Of a stretch of DNA of 64,000 nt, positions 62,535-64,000 are shown in pieces (the first letter of the stretch is position 1; the number at the start of each line of letters is the position of its first letter). This DNA is from Novakomyces olei (taxonomy: Eukaryota). The position numbers and the translations under genes were made by a program. The notes under the pieces were generated by a model. The model saw only the letters and a list, made by a program, of their open reading frames with translations, made no database searches and had not been told where the DNA came from. The stretch covers positions 248,001 through 312,000 of the forward strand of contig JADEYG010000004.1 in assembly GCA_016906335.1 (NCBI GenBank). Direction: 5' to 3'.

Positions 62535-63715
62535 CTATTTATGTTCCAACCCTTGGACAAGCTCCTGTTGAAGCTCCTTGTCCTTGTCCGCGTCTGAAAG
62601 CTTTTGAACGCTCCTCACATCGTTGACGATATCGCGAGTTTTCCCAAAATAAACTTCCTGCAATTGATTGCGCATACGGATCTCTGTATCTTCTACCATC
62701 CGGCCGATATTGGCAATATGAGAAGAAGAAGACTCTACGGGAGCATCTTGTTCCGCCTGTTTATTAGAAGACTGTAAAAGATGAAAAGGTAATCAAGTTG
62801 GAATAAAAATAAAAATAAGCAATTAAGGAAATAACAATCTAGATGATTATGTATTTTATTATTTTGAAGACAGAAATTGATCCTCTTTAAAGAAAAATAT
62901 CCCAAAAACCAGGCCCCAAATCCGGTACAGATGCACAAGCGAATTGAGTATAAAAACGAACCTGACGGGTCAGACTGCCACTGAGATTTAGACCATCGAT
63001 CTTTGCGCTCTTGGTCTTGAGGTTAAGCATAACCGTACTCGTTAGACGGTAATGGGCGGATCGCAATTTGTTGTGGACTTCGAACACGTGGATACTGTCC
63101 CAAGAATTTGCTTGATCATCAGGCAGAACTGAGATGGTTAACACAAAACACAAGAGATCTGATTCGTATTACCCTTTTTGAAGAGAACGACTCCGGCCCA
63201 CCAGTCATCTTCCAAATCCCAAAGATAGACAGAGGAAACACCACCTTCGTAATACCTTGTCATTAGAATTAAATCGACAAAATTAATTGAATTTAACATT
63301 GATGAAAACTCAAATAATTAAATAAATAAATGACGATACATTTCTCGATATATATCAAACGCGTTGTTGGCAGCAACTTCGATCTTTCTCAAGTCACTGC
63401 TCGGCAACGGACCATCTTCTGACGGAGGATCGAACTCGTTTGACCACGGAGAGCGGTAAGAGTCCTCATCACGATTGTAGTCACATGTCAAATACTGCTT
63501 TCCTGTCTTCTTGCACACTTTTACTCCCAAAGGCTGATCGACGGAGCTCAACAAGTCTTCGCCGATATCATCGTTGGATGCCAGAATTAGCGATAAATTC
63601 TTAGCAATGTTTTGCGGGGGGAGCCTCCGAAGTAAGTCGAGTGCCGCATCTATTTTAGCCTCCTTTTAAAGTCGAGTTAGCATCAATTATGATCCAATTC
63701 ATTGCCGCCTACCAT
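62535..63715 (-). CDS. CAP2: F-actin capping protein beta subunit, multi-exon
   Basis: [95 protein letters not shown]. Confidence 0.96.
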
Positions 63716-63738
63716 TGCAGCCGGGGTTAGATATCATC

Positions 63739-63942
63739 AAATATAAATATAAATATAAATATAAATATAAATATAAATATAAATATAAATATAAATATAA
63801 ATATAAATATAAATATAAATATAAATATAAATATAAATATAAATATAAATATAAATATAAATATAAATATAAATATAAATATAAATATAAATATAAATAT
63901 AAATATAAATATAAATATAAATATAAATATAATAATAATAAT
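63739..63942. repeat. (AAATAT)n hexamer microsatellite, ~190 bp, plus short (AAT)n
   Basis: Lies about 23 bp upstream of the CAP2 ATG. Confidence 0.97.
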
Positions 63943-64000
63943 AGTTTCATTGCTACTGTTTCTGCTACACTTATTCTAAAATACAATCCATTTTGAAAGC

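Overview
Gene-dense, intron-rich eukaryotic (ascomycete fungal) chromosome segment. EF-2, PDC and Dsc4 look Schizosaccharomyces-like, and very short introns (35-60 nt) with short branch-to-AG distances also suggest Taphrinomycotina. A complex I subunit (NDUFA9) argues against S. pombe itself; the taxon is an inference. About 29 protein-coding genes were reconstructed by hand across introns: SLS1-like (partial), NAM8/NGR1-like RRM protein, RhoGEF, membrane J-protein, PDC, NDUFA9, ARP10-like, DBP9, a possible Utp16/Bud21-like protein, ZIP transporter, HAT1, haspin, coronin, JAC1, Zn2Cys6 TF, MSC7, a CC1-box coiled-coil protein, calnexin, RFC2, eIF4A, MDE1, F-box/JmjC, DSC4, TGL2, EF-2, arrestin, S/T-rich secreted protein, DHA1 MFS and CapZ-beta. 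I found no rRNA, tRNA, transposon or CRISPR. Most interesting signals: (1) an uncharacterised coiled-coil protein with a dynein-adaptor-like CC1 box; (2) a divergent eIF4A with an altered rocaglate pocket; (3) strongly base-paired RNA structures in long introns and a 142-nt multibranch fold upstream of the RhoGEF; (4) very long AT microsatellites directly upstream of start codons; (5) a Zn2Cys6 domain with a 29-aa loop. Exon boundaries are manual and unverified by transcript data.
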